DNA of 64,000 nucleotides from the human T2T-CHM13v2.0 reference genome, Homo sapiens. Within the stretch, counting starts at the first letter, position 1. Each line of letters starts with the position of its first letter. This document shows, one piece after another, positions 44,996 through 59,445 of this stretch. A program made the translations under genes and the position numbers. The notes under the pieces are model-generated. The model did not search any database and had not been told where the DNA came from. It saw nothing but the letters and a program-made list of their open reading frames with translations. The stretch is taken from NCBI RefSeq assembly GCF_009914755.1, contig NC_060942.1, one strand, 5' to 3'.

Positions 44996-45277
44996 TTATG
45001 AAATTCAAGTCCACAGGCAGGGAAAATGGCTATGTTTAGGTACACTGCATTAAAAATTTACAGAAATTAAAAGGTTGTGTATATAATTTTGGACACGATT
45101 ATTCCGCAAAATGGTTGATCCTCAAAGTCAAAGTACTTCTGATGACCTTGTTTTAGAAGTGATTTACAAGAACATCTTTTTCTCATCGCACTAAAATTAA
45201 TAAGGTGATCTTATTATTCACCATCATCCAAAATGGAACACCTGAGAGAGAATGTAGATACTATTAATATCAGGCCA

Positions 45278-45578
<301 letters not shown>

Positions 45579-47702
45579 TCAGGCCAAAAGGAGACACGTG
45601 AATCAGGATTGTCCAAGCAAACCAAGACATAAAGTAACTGTACTTACCAAATCAACCACAGAATAGTAGATACTCAAATATCAAACAGAATCTAAGTAAA
45701 AGTATACCAAAGCAAAAACAAAATTTTGGCCCAAGCTAAACCCACACCACAGAGAGTGTTAAAAGCTGGAATTCAACTTTCCCTGCCAAAGCCAATGAAC
45801 ATCCCTCTTAGCAACACCATTCGGGCTTTTAATAGTGCTTCAACAAAAGGGGCAACTCTAAGAGAATTACAAATTATTCAATGACATCCTGTCACTTCCA
45901 TGCGCTGATTTTAGTTCCATCTTATTTGCTATACAGAATAAAGTCAATAAATCCACTTGCTTCCACAAACTAACAGCCCTTCAAATATGAGAAAAGCCCA
46001 TTATCAACTCTTCATCTCCAAGCAACACATGTTCAATGTAATTTAAAACTGTACTTCCAAGGATGTCACTTTCTGAGGCAGATGGTATCAGTGCCCCACT
46101 GTACCCTTTGGATTTTTCAGTGTGCTCTAGACAACTTCCAACTGCAGGTATCTGCATTTCTGTGCCCAGGAACTTCTCTGATATACCCAAAAAGGCTAGA
46201 GGTGCCAGGAAAGAAGCATCCCCAGGAGCAGCCCTCAACCAAGGAAACAGAAATTGACATTTACATGCCCAGCACTTCTGTTCCCCTGGGTAGGATAATT
46301 CTGTAGACTGTTTACTGTTTCCTAGAGTTTCCCCAAGGGTGTCAGTTCTAGTGACCCACCCACTCTGGTAGATGGCTTAACAATGGTCCTGGCTGCCCTG
46401 TTCTCCCCTGTCCCACTTCCCTTTCTAGAATAATCCATAATCCAGGTCACCCAAGGGGAGTAGGTTTAAGAAGGCTGCCACTCGATTAAATACAAATTCT
46501 TCATACATCTAAATTTCCTGTTTACTACATTTCCTCATTTTTGTGCTAACAACCAAGATGACATTAAGGAAATTTAAAAAAAATAGTTTTAGAAACCTAA
46601 ACATTAGGTCTATTTCCTCAGCTCCAGAATGATTACAGACAGTAAGTTCCTGGTAGCTACCCACATATCCACAGATAGATGGATATTTGCCATTTTGATT
46701 TGTAAATGTTACAGGAAACTACTTGATTTTCCAAAGTCAGATGTACCTGACTCCCAATACTCATAAAAACATACTGCATATTACTGCTTCTGTAATTACA
46801 GATTTTACTTTATCTGTGAGTTAAAGAACAGCAGAGTCCACAGTGAATGAAGAAGGGCAGTATCTTTACCAAGTAAAACTGTTCTTAGCAGATCTATAGA
46901 TACACATGGAATTCTCTCTGTAATTCACTCTTACTTCCACTAAATTCCTACCATATTTTGCATTATTCTAACCTTCTGAAGAAAAAAAAAAGTCTGACCT
47001 GAAATCTTATTAGACAATATAATTTAAATCTAATTTTGCTATCAACTCAGGTCAAGTCTAATTTTAAAAAACGGCATTCAGCATTCTTAACAGGTAACAA
47101 CATCTCAAAAGGGTAATAATCAAAACAGAACTACAGCAAAATCACAAAATGAATTATTCTACCAATATAACTCAGAAAAAAATAGTGACAAGTCTTCATT
47201 CTCTGATACAAATATATACCATATATTTTTAAATGTATTCAACAAGTAGACCTCACATTGCACAATCTCAAATCAGATTTCTGACAAAACTTAAGATAGA
47301 CAAGCAAGTCCAAAACAAATAAATTTGGAAGGGACTAAATTGCTGGAAGAAGCAGGAATACAATCACTATATTACATGAATATTTCTTAAGCAGGCATAT
47401 GGAGTAAGCAATACGAATTGAAGAAAGACTAAGTATTTTACTTAATTCCTACTCTTAAATATGGTCAAGAAGTCTTCTCTCTCTTTGATGTGAAATCCAA
47501 TCTATTGTTTAATTCATCAATAATCTAGACTATCTTATCCACTGATGACAAATTAGTTTTTGTAAAACTTAAACATAATTGTTACTACTATCCTTATAAA
47601 AGAGGTAAAGAGTCCAGGAGAACTATCTTCCAGTCCCATCTCAACCACTTATAATGTAACCTTGGGCAAATTATCAGCTTTCTATGTCTATTTCCAAATA
47701 TG

Positions 47703-47760
47703 TATTAGTTTGAACCATGTGTTACCTGCAACGATGGCAATTTCATATATTTCAACCTTA
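47703..47760. mobile_element. MADE2-like mariner MITE inside a MIR fragment
   Basis: Imperfect inverted termini tattagtttgaaccat ... ggcaatttcatatatttcaacct. Confidence 0.55.
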
Positions 47761-48254
47761 CAAAGAATGAATTGACAACAGAAATAATAATTTTTAGATA
47801 CTACACTTAAAACAGCACAGTGCCTGGCACATTAGCAAGTATTCCTTCTACTTCTGAATGAAGTTCCTCCTCTTAACCTACATCTAGTTTGTCTCAATTT
47901 AATTGTCCAGCCTTATTTTTCTATTCTCCAAACTGAATTGCTATGCTATTGTCAAGATTATCACTTCCCAACTCTGCCCACCCCATTTATGACTATTGAA
48001 ATCCAATGCACCTTTTACAACTAGATCATGTGCCATCAAGTTTTCCTTGAGCACCGTGTGCAAACATCTCTCCTTCCATAAACTGACATAACCCTTCATA
48101 TACACCCCTTTTATGATATTTAACACTCTGAATTACGTTAAAATGCACGCCTGTGCATGTTTTAATATCTTCCATAATGGCAGCTCAGTAATTTGCAACA
48201 GTTTTGAATTTGGAGGCCTCCAACTTTATTTTACATAAAGATCAGCTGACTCTA

Positions 48255-48530
<276 letters not shown>

Positions 48531-48636
48531 TCAAAAGAGTATCATTATTAAAAAGTAATTTTAAAAGGGTTACAAGTTTTAGAATATGAGCATGCAATCA
48601 TCTACTGATTCCTAAAATTAGCAACAAGAAAAACTA

Positions 48637-48840
<204 letters not shown>

Positions 48841-49407
48841 TTAGTTTTGTAACATTTACTATTTCAGTGTGACTTTGGAAGCATTTTCTTGGAAAAATTC
48901 TAAAATGATATAAGGTATTTCCAGGATCTTTTTCACAGATAATGTCTTTCTGAAGTCTAACTTTAAATATACTACTGTATATTTCTCCCAAGTATTTTCT
49001 AACAATAATTTTATTGATTTTAAAATACATGTGTACTGACTGAAAGTATTTAAACAATGTAGAAAAAGTACACATAGTAAAATAGTTTCATACAAATGAT
49101 ATATATTAAGATAAGTAAAAGATTGAGTTAATTTTGAAGGAATTCACTAATGTTTGGAGAAATATATCTTCATTACAACTGTAGTTTCTTAGAGATCCCA
49201 CTTAATGTTAAGAAAAAAGATGTAAAAACATCAAAAAGTCATTTGCCATTTTAAAAACTATATATTATGGTGGAAACCCAACCTCTAGATGTATAAGCAT
49301 GATTAGGTGAGAAAAAATTCTACTGGGAGATTTTTAATATACTTCTTTCAGAATCTGAGAGATCACAGATGCAAAATAATATGAGATATAAGAATTAAAA
49401 AAAAAAT

Positions 49408-49908
49408 TGTGAGAAGCAGAGTTCTAACATGACACCTAAGAGTCTCAGCCCTGAGGTGCACATACATTCTCTGTTAATCAAACACTAGGTGCTGCTGTTA
49501 AGGATTTTTTCAGATGTAATTAAGGCAGCAAATCAGTTAACCTTAATCAGGCAATCCTTTAAAAGGGACTAGACTGTCATAGGCTAAGTGATTCAAAGCA
49601 TGAAAGGTATTCAACACAAGAGACATTCTCCATTGCTGACTTTGAAGATGGATGGCACCATGTGACAAGGAATTCAGGAGGCATCTAGGAGCTGAATTCT
49701 GCCACAACCATGTGGGTTTAGAAGAGGACCTCAAGCTCCAGATAAGAACACAAGCCAGCTGATACCTCAATTTTGGCCTTGTTAAACCCTGAAAAGACCG
49801 CCTAACCCATGTCTGGACTCCTGACCCACAGAAACCGTGAGGTAAAAAACTGATGTTTTAGGCCACTGAGTTTGTGGTAATTTGTTACACAGCAAAAGAA
49901 AACTAATC
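49408..49908 (+). mobile_element. MLT1D/E-type solo LTR
   Basis: cagatgtaattaagg, tgactttgaagatgga, and end ttgttacacagcaaaagaaaactaat. Confidence 0.75.
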
Positions 49909-50459
49909 AAACAACTAACACTCCAGATTTAATACAGAACCTGGTACGGTGGTTCTGTTAAGACTATGGAATATCTGTAAAACAGTCATGCACGTGGTCA
50001 TTGGGAAAACACTAAGTCCAAAAAGTAGAGATTTTTCAGGCTATATTCCCTGATCAATATCACCTATAAAACTAGAAATAAAAAATTTAAAAAAATCCAA
50101 TAACGACAGCAATCTAAAACTTTGGAGGGAGAAGAGAATAAGGCAGAGAAAACCCATTAAATTTTTTTGCAGAACCCCAATTAAGTCACAAAAACAAAAA
50201 ACTATTTTAGTTAAAGCACCTACAGCGACACTGGGTATCTTAATAAGATTATCCAAATTTATACATCAAGCAAGATTTGAGAACTTCCACTTGGAACCAA
50301 GTAATAGATCTTCTAGTCACTATCATTTTGCAGTATCAAAATCACACTTTGATAACCAGCATTACTTCTCACAGGAGGTAATGGTTAATTAGAAAAAAAA
50401 CAGAAGCAAACTACTGTTAAAAGAAGTTACTTTAAGGTGATGAGAATGATGTTCAATTA

Positions 50460-50990
50460 TGAATGGTTCTCACACTTTTTCACTTCATCGTTAAGGAAAT
50501 ACTGAGGACCCCAAAGAGCTTTTGTTTATGTGAATATTATGGAAAATGACCATATTAGATATAAAAACTGAGATTTAAAAAATTCATTTAAAAATCAAAT
50601 CCATTACATATTAACAATGTTTATAAAAAACAACTGTATTTCCAAAGCAAAAAAAAAAAAAATAGAGTGGCAACATTTCACCATTTTTGTCTATGAAAAA
50701 CAACTATATTTCCAAAGCAAAAAAAAAAAAAAAAAAAAATAGAGTGGCAACATTTCAACATTCATGTCTAGTGTAACAGAATTGGAGTCTCATTATCAAA
50801 TCTACATTTCATCTCTTGCAAAATCATATGCATGTAGGCTCTGGAATACTCCACTGTACAGTCATGAGAGTATGAGAGTAGAAATGGCAAACAGCATCTC
50901 AGTACTACTATGAAAATAGCTTTGACCTCACAAACTAGCTGAAAGGGTTTCTGGGACTACCAGAAGTCCCCAGACCACATTTTGAGATGT
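50460..50990. mobile_element. hAT-Charlie DNA transposon fossil with an internal ~70-bp tandem duplication (50626-50770)
   Basis: Ends tggttctcaca... and ...cagaccacattttgaga; the block caact.tatttccaaagc(A)n tagagtggcaacatttca occurs twice. Confidence 0.65.
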
Positions 50991-51463
50991 CCCTGAATTA
51001 TATTTTGAACTATATTAAATGCAGTTCTTGTTTTAGATATCTCATTTCAGATGAACAGCAAGCAGATTTCATTTAATATATAAACTCACCAAAGGGGGAA
51101 AAAACCTGGGAGCTATATAAAGAAACTGAAAAAAAACAAAAACAAAACAAAACAAAAAAACATGATTTATAAAAAAGTATTAACCCCCAAATCTGAACAT
51201 GGCAATTTTATGACTGGTAGAGACTCAGCAAATTAAACTTATCTTAACACATATTTATTGAAGAACTTTCCAGTACCAAGGGTGCCAAATAAAAGTTGAA
51301 GAGTTTGCAGCTGAAGCATCACCAGGATCTATTAGAAGCAGTGAAGCCTGTGCACTTAAATGTGTCGGCACTTAAACCACCAGAGAGAAAGCTGGTTTTA
51401 CTGCACACAAGCTCTTGATGTGGCACACCATGCAATGCCTACATTATGAGTATACAGCATTTA

Positions 51464-51757
<294 letters not shown>

Positions 51758-52523
51758 TCAAGCCAAAAATAGATTTAATATAATCATCTTTACATGCTCT
51801 ATGCCAGCCTGCACTGGCAAAAGCTCAGGAAGTAGACATAGTATCTGTATCGGTTTCCACAGATGATACCAGATTTTCAGTATTTTTCACACAAAACTCC
51901 AGTTTCATAGATCATACCAGATTTTTTCAAATTTCTCCCATGTCATTAAATCACTTTATGTTGGATTCTTTGTTTTACCAGTAGTTTTAGTCTAGCTCCT
52001 GTTCAAATACAAAACAATCATAGGCAAAGTCAGTCAACTTGCCATACTTGGTGCATTTCTAAAGCACATAAAAAAGCTAAAGTGGGGTAAGATAAAGCCA
52101 GAGCAAAGATTAATGAGTCAAAAGCCACACAAAGAAAAACAGTAATAATAAAAGGATACAAAATATGACATATTTTTGACATTTGTCTATTTTAACATCA
52201 AACTCTTGGTGAGATACCCTAGCTACAAAAAGAGAAAACCCACTCATACATAAGAACCAGAAAGCAGTAACACACAAAGATCATGCAAGTAGAAACAGAC
52301 CATAGAGTCAAAAGACTACTTATTTCACTGGAAAACTATATATTTAGCTTCTGCAGTTTGACTAAAACATATCATAAGGAATACTGCAAAAGAAAAAAAC
52401 CTCACAATTTTGTAGAATAAATTCCAAACATGTAACAACCGAAGAGAAATTGTGAAATAGGGTAAAATGAGGGCAAAAATAATAATAGTAATACAGAAAT
52501 GTATGTATATATATATATATATA

Positions 52524-53156
52524 TAGTCATCCCTTGGCATTTACAGGGGATTGGTTCTAGGACCGGCTCCCCCTAACTAAAAACCCTTAGATGTTCAAGT
52601 CCCTGACATAAAAGGGTGTAGTATTTCCATGTAACTTAAATTCACGTCATCCTGTATACTTTAAATAATCTCTAGATTACTTATAATACCTAATAATATA
52701 AATGCTATACAAATATTTGTTATACTGTATTTTAAAATTTGGGCCCAGCACGATGGCTCACGCCTGTAATCCCAGCACTTTAGGAGGTCAAGGTGGGTGA
52801 TTCGTTTGAGGCCAGGAGTTTGAGACCAGCCTGGGCAACATAGTGAAACCCCATCTCTACTAAAAATACAAAAATTAGCTGGGTGTGGTGGCATGCACCT
52901 GTAGTCCCAGCTACTCAGGAGGCTGAGGCAGAGAATTGCTTGAACCCAGGAGGCAGAGGTTGCAGTGAGCCGAGATTGCGCCACTGCACTCTAGCCTGGG
53001 CGACAGAGCAAGACTCTGTCTCAAAAAATAAATAAAAATAAATACAATTTGTATTAGTTTTTACTGTCGTATTGTTATTTTCATTTTTTCCCGATTATTT
53101 TCAATCTGCAGTTGGTTGAATCTGCAGATGCTGAACTCATGGTTATGAAGGGACCA
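52524..53156. mobile_element. MER2 (Tigger-type) interrupted by an Alu at 52741-53045
   Basis: gtcatcccttgg..caggggattggttc start and cagttggttgaatctgcagatg end; Alu in the middle. Confidence 0.8.
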
Positions 53157-53191
53157 TACACATACACATTTGTACATATATGTGCACACTC

Positions 53192-53870
53192 TCATATATA
53201 TATTATATATAGTATATATATATTATTATATATATGTATAATATATATTATATATTATATATTATATATATTATGTATAATATATATTATATATTATATA
53301 TATTATGTATAATATATATTATGTATGTTATATACATATTATGTATAATATATGTTATATATATTATACATAATATGTATAATATATATTATATATATTA
53401 TATAATATATATTATATATTATGTATAATATATATAATATATTATATATATTATGTATAATATATATTATATATTATACATAATATATATTATATATTAT
53501 ATATTATGTATAATATATGTTATATATATAATATATATTATGTATAATATATGTTATATATATAATATATATTATGTATAATATATATTATATATTATAT
53601 ATATTATATATATTATGTATAATATATATTATATATTATATATATATTATATATATTATGTATAATATATATTATATACTATATATATATTATATATATA
53701 ATGTATAATATATATTATATACTATATATATATTATATATATTATGTATAATATATATTATATATTATATATATATTATATACATTATGTATAATATATT
53801 ATATATTATATATATTATGTATATTATATATTATATATATATTATATATATTATGTATAATATATATAAA
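53192..53870. repeat. ~680-bp AT-only minisatellite / (TA)-rich low-complexity array
   Basis: Recurrent ~25-35-bp unit tatatattatgtataatatatattatat; almost entirely A/T. Confidence 0.97.
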
Positions 53871-54257
53871 TCCCCATACTACGTATACATGTATACATAT
53901 TTATGTCAATGTGTATATATGTAATACACATACCTTTTATTAATTACATCATAAAATAAACATAACCTTAAAAATCTAGCCATAACAGGTTATATAATTT
54001 TCTATGAGGAATATGATTTCAATAATAAATAGATTATACCTATTTCTTATATGTGCCAGCAGAAAAGACTTAATAATTTTGAGGGATGGTGTCAATATTC
54101 TTTTTAAAAAGCACTACTTTAACCACATACATAATTATTTGGCTATTCATTAGGATCCCTTTCTCGGATATATAAAAAATAACTCCTAGAGATGATTTTT
54201 ATTATTAAGTAGGTGATACAGTATAAAAATGATGAGGGGAACATATGTGCAACTTAC

Positions 54258-54311
54258 CCAAGCTATGATTAACAGGGGAAAGAGTAGTAGGAGATAGTTC
54301 TGCTGGAGAGC
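54258..54311 (-). CDS. SMAD2: SMAD2 coding exon (54 bp; linker, (G)SPAELSPTTLSPVNHSL(D))
   Basis: The reverse complement reads ttttag|GC TCT CCA GCA GAA CTA TCT CCT ACT ACT CTT TCC CCT GTT AAT CAT AGC TTG G|gtaagt. Splice sites are canonical, and the peptide carries the three SP linker phosphosites (S245/S250/S255) of SMAD2. Confidence 0.97.
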
Positions 54312-56033
54312 CTAAAACAAAAGGATTTAAAAATAAATGAAGTATTTCCAGAACTTCTGATCAAGTAATCATAAAACTAGCTTTATCTGGTTATAATTAT
54401 CAACAATAATACAAAGATAATTTAAATACCAAGAATTCAGAATATGTAAGTGCTTAAATTTAGTTTAATTTGTGGGGGGTCGGGGGAAGAGAAGCGGGGG
54501 TTCCAGTATAAAAGGTGCAACAGTTTTGGCTTCTAGCCCAACAGTTCATCTTCCCAAAGATATCTAATATTGACGGTTCCTTGGGTATCTTTCCAAAATA
54601 CTCTATGAACCACATAAGCAAATACATTTTTGTTCTGTGTCCTTTCTTTTCATATACAAGTGGTAACCGTTTTTCATCTTCTATATTATTCTATCAGATT
54701 GTTCACAATGTGTTTCCTTATTTGTCTATCTACATATCAATTAGTCACATAACATCGCGATCCCATATTGATGGATATTCAAGCTATTTTCAATCTTTTG
54801 CTATAAGAACCAATGCTTTGAGATTGCAATAACTAATCTTGACCGTTTTGCACGCTTCCAATCACATCTGAAAGATACATTCTTCAAGAAACTGCCAGGT
54901 CGAAAGGTTTGTGTATTTGCAATTTTGATAGATTTGGGTAAAATTATCATTCATCAAGGTTGTACCAGTTTACATTCCCAGTCACAACATAGTAAAGGGA
55001 TGCTTGAGGTGTTATTGCTTCTAGATGAAAACATGGTCACAAGTACAGTTTTAATTTTGAGTAGCTTTACACATGTTTATATTATATTTCCTTCCTGTGA
55101 TAGTCTGTTCTTTTCTTTTGCGATGTTGATCATTTTCTTACTGATTGTTTGAAAGCTCTTTATGTGTATTAGGGATGTAAGTCTTCTTATGGTATGAGCT
55201 ACAAATATTTAATCATTGGTCTTTTGACTCTTAATCCTAATTTTGATCATGTAGCACTAAAATAAAAGCCCTTCTACAAGATTTATCAATCATCTTTGGG
55301 TTAGCGTCACACTTTGGGATAAAACAGTGATGACGGTGGATATCTTACTCTTGACTTTTAGGGTAATGTTTCTACCATTTTCCCATTAAGCATGGCATTG
55401 GCTTTCAGGCTAACAGTAATAAAATATTTATTTAGGATTTTTGCATCAATAGTCTCAAGCAATACAAGCCTGAAGATTTACATGAGTGCTATGTTTGTAA
55501 GGCTCTGTGGTCAATGTTATGACAATCTAGCAGCTTTATCCTCTGCAAAGGTTTAAATAGTATTATAACAGCATATTCTTTAAAAGTTTGGTAGAATTCT
55601 TCTGTGAAATTATAGTTAGTAACTTTCTAGGGTTTACTACGAGACATTATTCTATGAAGGGTGACTTGTTCAGATAGCTCTATTTTCTGGAGTCAGTTCT
55701 GGTAAATTACACTTTCTTAGAAAATGATCTGTTTCTTCTTTTGGGTAAACAGGCTAAATCTAATCAAGAAAATAAGGGGGCACAAACATACAAAATAAGA
55801 ACCACCACAGACAACATATGAAAAATCATGGCGCAACTAGTCTGCTCAGTTCCATGCAACTCAATTTTAAAACACATTTGCTATAAGCATTGTTAAATAA
55901 TCTTATTAAAAATATAAAATATATTTTCTTTTATGATCATCATTCTCTACACGTTTAGGCACAGTTACCTAAAAGAGCATGACCCAAGCTTCAAATGTAT
56001 ACCAAGAGCATAATTGTAGAATAAGATAGGTCA

Positions 56034-56526
56034 GGCTGGGCATGGTGGCTCATGCCTGTAATCCCAGCACTTTGGGAGACTGAGGTGGGTGGATCACGAG
56101 GTCAGGAGTTAGAGACCAGCCTGGCCAACATAGTGAAACCCCATCTCTACTGAAAACACAAAACTTAGTCGGGCATGGTGGCATACACCTGTAATCCCAG
56201 CTACTCGGAAGGCTAAGGCAGAAGAATGGCCGTAGTATACCCCTGGTCGTGTAGCAGTGAAAGTGGTTTGGTTTAGACGTCCGGGAATTGCATCTGTTTT
56301 TAAGCCTAATGTGGGGACAGCTCATGAGTGTAAGACGTCTTGTGATGTAATTATTATACGAATGGGGGCTTCAACCGGGAGTACTACTCGATTGTCAAAG
56401 TCAAGGAGTCGCAGGTCGCCTCGCTTGAATCCAGGAGGCGGAGGTTGCAGTGAGCTGAGGGCATCCCACTGCACTCCAGCCTGGGCGACAGAGCAAGACT
56501 CTGTCTCGAGAGGGAAAAAAAAAAAA
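56034..56526 (+). mobile_element. AluS-type element split by the NUMT
   Basis: Alu consensus up to ...ggcagaagaat, resuming at cgcttgaatccagg; A tail; TSD taagataggtca on both sides. Confidence 0.95.
56228..56421 (-). pseudogene. NUMT: ~194-bp fragment of mitochondrial MT-CO2 (COX2) inserted in an Alu
   Basis: In the mitochondrial code the minus strand reads [64 protein letters not shown], which is the COX2 CuA-domain region. Confidence 0.97.
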
Positions 56527-56726
56527 GAGTAAGATAGGTCAGACCATCTTACACACCTCCTCCCTACCACACACTATTATAACCATGACATAAAATACCA
56601 GGCAATAAAGGTGAAATGGTAGCCCCTAGATAAATAAATGAATCAGAGAAGGGATGCTTAGTTTTTAGAAGACAGTACGGTCTTCCACAACATAATTAAG
56701 TTATGTTCCTTTTTTCTCAGTTTGAA

Positions 56727-56783
56727 AAATCTGCTGGCAAGTCACAAATCTGCTGGCAAGTCACAAATCTGCTGGCAAGTCAC
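56727..56783. repeat. 19-bp unit x3 perfect tandem repeat (aaatctgctggcaagtcac)
   Basis: Read directly from the sequence. Confidence 0.95.
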
Positions 56784-57689
56784 AACAGGTACAACTAAGA
56801 TAGGTCAAAACATATTTGGAACAATGAGCTAAAATTCACTGCTGTTTCCTGAAACCAACATAAAATAAACAAAGCCACTATTAGAAATGGAGGAAACTGC
56901 CCAACTATTCATATCTTTTAACTGTTTACTCCTCTATTAAATACTTAGAAATGACCAGTAGGATCATTTAAATTAACAGGCGTTCAGTCAGATGTGACAG
57001 GTTAGAATTACAGATTACAAAAAAGACAAATTTTAAAAACTTAAAATAAGCTAACAATTAATAGAAGCCTTTAAAAAAAAAAAAACCAGAGGCAACGAAC
57101 TGATGATTAGCCTATGAATTATTCATACATAAATGCTGCTATTGGAGTCTCACCTACCACAGGTCTTCCACTTAGAATATTATAAATATCCTATTTGAGA
57201 TCCAGTGTGAATTAGCAGTGTCTACTTACAGCTAAACCATCTACAGAAATCCCTGTGCATGTATCTTCGCATACAAATTCACATATATTTGTAGGATACA
57301 TTCGTCAAACCTTTGACAAATTAACAAATGTCAAATAAAATGTGTTAAACTTTTATAAGTGCCAAAATACCCTCTCAAAAATGTTTCATCTCACTAAGAA
57401 TTTATAAGCTAGTGTTTCTTCACACCGTGTCACTACATGTTGACATCTGCCAATATGATAGGTTTAAAAGGAGCAATTTTTTAATTTCTTGTTTTTGTTG
57501 TAAACAGTGTATTTCTGTTCTTTTAGCCAATTCTATTAACTATCTTTTTCTTCTTGATTTGTAAGTTTTTAAACTTAAAAATCAGTTCTTAGACTTGTCA
57601 TCTATTTGCAAATATTCACCCAGGTTTTTTTTTAAAAAAAATCTGTTATATCTTTTAAGGTGACATTAAATTGTTTTAATTTAAAAAAG

Positions 57690-58500
57690 ACTTTTTTTTT
57701 AGAGTAGTTTCAAGATCACAGCAAAACTGAACAGAAAGTACAAAAAGCTCCCATATGACCCCTGCCCTGCTTCCCCAAATTCCCTATAACATCCGCAAAC
57801 CACAATGGTCCATTTGTTATAATAATGAACCTACACTGATACATCATTATCACTGAAAGTCCATAATTTACATTAGGGCTATGTTATACATTCTCTGGGT
57901 TTTGACAAATGTATAATGACGTGTATCCATTTACAGTTTCAAACAGAGTAGTTTCACTGCCCTAAAAATGCCCTGTGCTCCACCTAGTCCTCTTTACCTC
58001 CCACAAAGCCTCAGTAACCACTTATCTTTCTACTGCTTCCATAGTTCTGCCTTCTCCAGAATGTCATATATAGTAAGTCTTCATTTAACATCTTCCATAG
58101 GTTTTTGGAAACTGACTTAAGCAAAATAATTGTACAACAAAACCAACATTCCCCAATCATCAACACTGTAACGAAATGACATTATTACTTGAGGACCTGT
58201 TGTACATTAATTGGATATATCAGTTTATTTATCTAGTCACCTATTAAAACATCTTGGTTGCTTCCAAGTTTTGGAAATTATAAATAAAGCTGCTATGAAC
58301 ATCAATCTGCAGGTTTTTGTGTAGACCTAAGTTTTCAATTCATTTGGGTAAATACCAAGGAGAAGCAAGACTGCTAAACCATATGGTAAGAATATAGTTA
58401 GTTTTGTGAGAAATCACCAAACTGTCTTCCAAAGTGGCTATACCATTTTTCATTCTGACCAGTAATAAATGAGTGTGCCTGTTGCTCCCCATCCTCACCA
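57690..58500 (-). mobile_element. L1MB-type 3' region with a nested Tigger-like (MER82-like) piece at ~58072-58203
   Basis: cacagcaaaactgaacagaaagtaca, aataaagctgctatgaacat, ccaaactgtcttccaaagtggc. Confidence 0.7.
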
Positions 58501-58587
58501 CACCAGCACTGATGAACTCCCTCAGCTTTTGTCTGAAAAATTTTTTATTTCTCCTTCATTTCTGAAGGACAGCTTTACTGGTTATAG

Positions 58588-58790
<203 letters not shown>

Positions 58791-58914
58791 ATTCTTTCAG
58801 CACTTTAAATACACCACCCATCTCTCCTGGCCTGCAAACTTTCTGCTGAAAAAGCTGATTGTCTAATGAAGACTCCCTTGTTATGTGGCACGTTGCTTTT
58901 ACTCTTGCTGCTTT

Positions 58915-59445
58915 TATTCACAATAGCAAAGATACAGAAGACAACCCAAGTGTCCCATCAACAGATGAATAAATAAAGAAATGGAGGGTTATACACACAA
59001 TTGAATGTTATCCTGCCTTAAAAAGGGAGATCCTACCACTTTTGGCATGGATGAATCTGGAAGACATTATGCCAAGGAAATTAGGTGGACATAGAAAGAC
59101 ACATGGCATAATCTCATATGTGGGGTTTTTTTTTTTTAAGCCAAATACATAGAAACATAATAAAATGGTGATTACAGGTTGGGGGGAAAATAGGGAGATT
59201 ATAGGTCAAAGGGTATAAAGTTGCAGATATGTAAGATATGCCCAGAGATCTAATGTACAACCTGAGGACTACAGTTACAATATTGTGTTGTATACTGGAA
59301 ATTTAGTAAGTCAATTTTAGGTGCTCTTATCACACACATAAAAAGGTGACTATGTGAGATGATGGATTTAGTTGACTACAGCAACCATTTCACTACATAC
59401 ACCAAATATCATGTTATATACCTTAAACATATACAATAAAAATGT
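58915..59445 (+). mobile_element. L1MA-type 3' end
   Basis: ttattcacaatagcaaagata...caacagatgaat...catggatgaatctggaagacattatg...aataaaaa. Confidence 0.8.

Noticed and set aside
53112-53428. Ile/Tyr-rich 'membrane-like' ORFs
   Set aside because: They are translations of the TA-rich array.
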